DNA of 47,251 nt from a virus (lineage: Duplodnaviria > Caudoviricetes): IMG/VR virus record IMGVR_UViG_3300038530_003382, positions 1 to 47,251 of that record. One strand, 5' to 3'. Positions within the stretch are counted from its first letter, which is position 1, and each line of letters begins with the position of its first letter. The notes beneath the pieces are model-generated. The model saw only the letters and a program-made list of their open reading frames with translations, was not told where the DNA came from and searched no databases. This document shows positions 44,434-47,251 of this stretch, in pieces. Both the position numbers and the translations under genes were made by a program.

Positions 44434-47251
44434 TCAAATCATAATATGCGCGAACCCCTCTTTTTTATCAATTGTGATTTGTTGGTCCACACAATCTTTA
44501 AGATGGTCAAGGTGTGAAATCAATATGACCGTTTTAAAGTATGTCTTAATTAGTTCTAAAATTGAAATAAAACCATCCATATTCTCGGCATCTAGCGCAG
44601 TCCCCGGCTCATCAAGAATAAAAATATTAGACTTTGGAAGAGATGATACAGATAGAAGAGCCAGACGAATAGCCATTGCAGCTAGGGTCTTTTCTGCACC
44701 AGAGCCCATTTCAATAGGTCGTCTATCATACTTTGGATGTTTAATAAAAATGTTAAGTCTTTTTTCTTCTGCCTCAAAGAAAATCTCAAAGTCAACAACG
44801 TTGGCCAAGATACGAGACATCTCGTCATTGATTATAGGCAACTTCTTTTTAATAATGTCATAAGCAATGCCATTGGGGTGCATACACTTCATGAGAAGAT
44901 CAAAAGCTGTGATTTCATTTTGTAAATCATGCAGCCATTCTTTCTTTTCTTGTAGTGTCTGTACTTGTTGTGCTAGTGAGCCATTATCTCTATGAAGGCT
45001 CTGTAGTTCAGTTCGGCACTTATCTATACTCTTCTGTTTTTTGGCTATCTCTTTTGCTACATTTGCTAATTGTAAAATAAACGTTTCTTTGTTTTCAATA
45101 AGACTTTTGTTTTTATTGTAATCATCGATTGAAATATTAATACGTTGCAATTCGTTTTGTGCTGAAAGTACAGAGTTTTCCCACTTGCCTTTTTCGAGAT
45201 CAGTTTTTAGTACAACTCTTTCAGCTTCTCTTCTTTTCTCCATTAATTTTTTATAATTTTCTAAATGAGAATTTATTTTTTCTTCGTTTGATCTGTTTAA
45301 AAGTCTCTCTGCTTTTTCTTTTTCGTTATTTATTGACTGTACTTGGCCCACAAGATCAACAAGTGTTTCTTTCGAGCAATGTGCGTCCTTAATAAACTTA
45401 CATGATTTAAACTTATCTCCACATGGTACCTCACCAAGAAGCTTTACTTTTTTCTCGTTTAACTCTTTAAGCTTTTCAGCATTTTCCAACTCTGTTAGAA
45501 GATTGCTTATTTTAAGAAGTTTTTCATCTATTTCGTCTTTTTGATTTTTAACAGAGACAATATCAAATGATTCTTCAAACTTCGCTATTTTATCTAAAAG
45601 TTCGTTCTTTTCAGCAAGTATTACATTACAATCACTAATATTGGAGTTGTATGTTGATATATCTTGTTCTTGTTTGTTTCTATCTTTTAAAACTTCACAT
45701 ATGTCAATTACTTCTGCTGGAATAGAATCTATCTTTGTTTCTAGATCTTTTTTGTCTAGTTGCAAAGACATCAACTCACTGTTTAAGCTCTCGCACATTT
45801 CATTTTGTTCAGTAATTTTATTTTCAGAAAACATTATTTGTTTTTCTATTTCATATATCTCACTATCATAATCTATATCTTCTGCTTTGCGGAGGGCGCC
45901 ACGAAGATCTGCAGCCTCATCCTTAATGAGTTTGTACTTTCTTTCAAAGAACTGAAGATCGAGAAACTTTGCTAGCGCCTCTTTTCTTTTTGTAGATCCT
46001 TCATTGATAAAACGAAGAGAATCTATCTGTGATGACATGGAAGTCATTAAGAAATCATCAACATTTCCAAAATGATTTCTAATAATAGCATCAGTTTCAT
46101 TTCTAGTTGTGCCATTGAGAATGGTTTCTTCGTCAGTTACCATGTCTCTTACTTTAAACAAGATATCTGTTTTTGCCTCTAACGTCTCATCACCTTTGAG
46201 TTTTTTAATGTACTTTTCACTTTTACGTTCTATTGTATAACGCTTGTGCCCAACATCAATTGTAACCAGGCCATCAGCTTCTTCTTTGTTTTGGTTAATA
46301 ATATTGAGGTTTTTACGTTCGTTTTTGCTTGTAGAGTTAAAGATGGTATAAAGCATACTGTCGATAACAGATGACTTACCAGAAAAGTTTTTACCAAATA
46401 TACCAACAATACCATTTAACTTGTCAAAGTCTATAGAGTTGCCCTCGCCGTAATTAAATAAATTGTTCCAGTGCATTGTACGCAGATTCCAGTTAATGTT
46501 ACGTTGGACATCTTCTTTCTCTGCTAATGTAGCATTGCATTTACGATTTAGCTTAAAGACTGCTTCTAACTGTTCATCTGTAGGTTCAAAGTCTTTAAGG
46601 TATTCTTTGATAAGCTTTTCTTGCACGGTAACGTCACGTAGGTTTTCTTCTACATCATCAGTTGTTAAATCTTCTACATTACCCCGTTGGCCAGCAGAAC
46701 GATTAAGATATCCAATGCTCTCTGGTTTAAATCTGTGCTTTGCTGCATCCATTGCACGCTTCATTGTACTAACAGGCAAGCTGTTTTCTGATACCAAGCG
46801 TATCCGTGCACCAAGAGGACACTCTGCATTTTTAGGTATGCGTCCAGTTCTTGTTAGATTGATAGTAACGAAGGGCTTTGGATTAGGTATTTGGATATGC
46901 CTCACCGTAAAGTTTTCTTTGTCTTGGATATCCCATATAAGAAAACCTTTATCATTCGTCTCTCCGAAGTTCTGCTGAACAGTAGAACCCGGATACCGTA
47001 TCTTTCCTGCGTCGTCTAATGCTTGATTTGTTTTGTGTATATCGCCTAGAAAGGCGTAGTCGAATTCGTCAAAGATCGATATCTCGTTTTCCCCGTGCTG
47101 CATTGTCCAGCCGACATCTGTACGGCAATTCGAAATAGACCCGTGATACAAACCAATGTTAATAACATTATAGTCGGTAGGATCTCTCCAATTATCTCTA
47201 TCAAATACGCTAAGAACGTTGAGACATATTTCTTCATTTATTTTTACCTCT
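44434..47251 (-). CDS. fused SbcD (Mre11/gp47) - SbcC (Rad50/gp46) recombination nuclease; 5' end outside window
   Basis: Frame is open to the window edge (EVKINEEICLNVLSVFD...LYHG). Phosphoesterase motifs LGDIHK and YPGS..QQNFGE, then Walker A GKNFSGKSS, coiled coil, signature GSGAEK, Walker B ILDEP and ISH. Confidence 0.9.
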   Translation of the reverse strand, partial: EVKINEEICLNVLSVFDRDNWRDPTDYNVINIGLYHGSISNCRTDVGWTMQHGENEISIFDEFDYAFLGDIHKTNQALDDAGKIRYPGSTVQQNFGETNDKGFLIWDIQDKENFTVRHIQIPNPKPFVTINLTRTGRIPKNAECPLGARIRLVSENSLPVSTMKRAMDAAKHRFKPESIGYLNRSAGQRGNVEDLTTDDVEENLRDVTVQEKLIKEYLKDFEPTDEQLEAVFKLNRKCNATLAEKEDVQRNINWNLRTMHWNNLFNYGEGNSIDFDKLNGIVGIFGKNFSGKSSVIDSMLYTIFNSTSKNERKNLNIINQNKEEADGLVTIDVGHKRYTIERKSEKYIKKLKGDETLEAKTDILFKVRDMVTDEETILNGTTRNETDAIIRNHFGNVDDFLMTSMSSQIDSLRFINEGSTKRKEALAKFLDLQFFERKYKLIKDEAADLRGALRKAEDIDYDSEIYEIEKQIMFSENKITEQNEMCESLNSELMSLQLDKKDLETKIDSIPAEVIDICEVLKDRNKQEQDISTYNSNISDCNVILAEKNELLDKIAKFEESFDIVSVKNQKDEIDEKLLKISNLLTELENAEKLKELNEKKVKLLGEVPCGDKFKSCKFIKDAHCSKETLVDLVGQVQSINNEKEKAERLLNRSNEEKINSHLENYKKLMEKRREAERVVLKTDLEKGKWENSVLSAQNELQRINISIDDYNKNKSLIENKETFILQLANVAKEIAKKQKSIDKCRTELQSLHRDNGSLAQQVQTLQEKKEWLHDLQNEITAFDLLMKCMHPNGIAYDIIKKKLPIINDEMSRILANVVDFEIFFEAEEKRLNIFIKHPKYDRRPIEMGSGAEKTLAAMAIRLALLSVSSLPKSNIFILDEPGTALDAENMDGFISILELIKTYFKTVILISHLDHLKDCVDQQITIDKKEGFAHIMI

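Noticed and set aside
2676-46978. Plus-strand ORFs in the track (for example 14584..15201, 21770..22420, 28906..29439, 40417..40944, 46463..46978)
   Set aside because: All lie antisense to well-supported minus-strand genes, have shadow-like composition and show no recognisable motifs.
2866-47237. Short out-of-frame minus-strand ORFs nested in genes (for example 2866..3057, 3106..3288, 5987..6238, 23510..23698, 38183..38539, 47046..47237)
   Set aside because: They are nested in alternative frames of conserved genes with no motif support.
1-47251. Stop-codon reassignment, as seen in some large phages
   Set aside because: Conserved genes are full length under code 11, and TAG, TGA and TAA all end genes at sensible positions (for example the capsid gene TAG is followed by a terminator).
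1-47251. CRISPR array, tRNA genes, introns/inteins, IS elements
   Set aside because: No repeat-spacer pattern, cloverleaf or transposase was seen by eye. Intergenic gaps are short, and terminase, RecA and helicase have ordinary lengths. No dedicated scan was run.

Overview
This 47 kb AT-rich window comes from a large T4-like (contractile-tailed) bacteriophage genome, and all credible genes lie on the minus strand. In transcription order (right to left) it encodes: a fused SbcD-SbcC (gp47/gp46-like) nuclease running off the right edge; a beta-helix protein; a putative holin and spanin-like cassette; two tail fibres with peptidase S74 chaperones; terminase; portal; prohead protease; ribosomal protein bS21; scaffold; major capsid; neck proteins; sheath; two tube paralogs; tail chaperone(s); tape measure; and baseplate genes. 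A replication block follows: a minimal family A polymerase, a degenerate tubulin/FtsZ-like protein, gp32-like SSB, a ParB-like protein, RecA/UvsX, a 5'-3' exonuclease, small secreted proteins, and a DnaB/gp41 helicase running off the left edge. Replication genes have near-consensus sigma70 promoters, while structural genes are preceded by a recurring CTA(A/T/C)TTA motif. The most notable observations are an apparent phage copy of the myxobacterial gliding protein CglF/GltF, a tubulin lacking its GGGTG loop, a candidate +1/-2 tail-chaperone frameshift, a hidden Cys-Cys peptide ORF with a hairpin, and a putative H-type pseudoknot after ssb. All family assignments are by motif recognition only; no database search was run.
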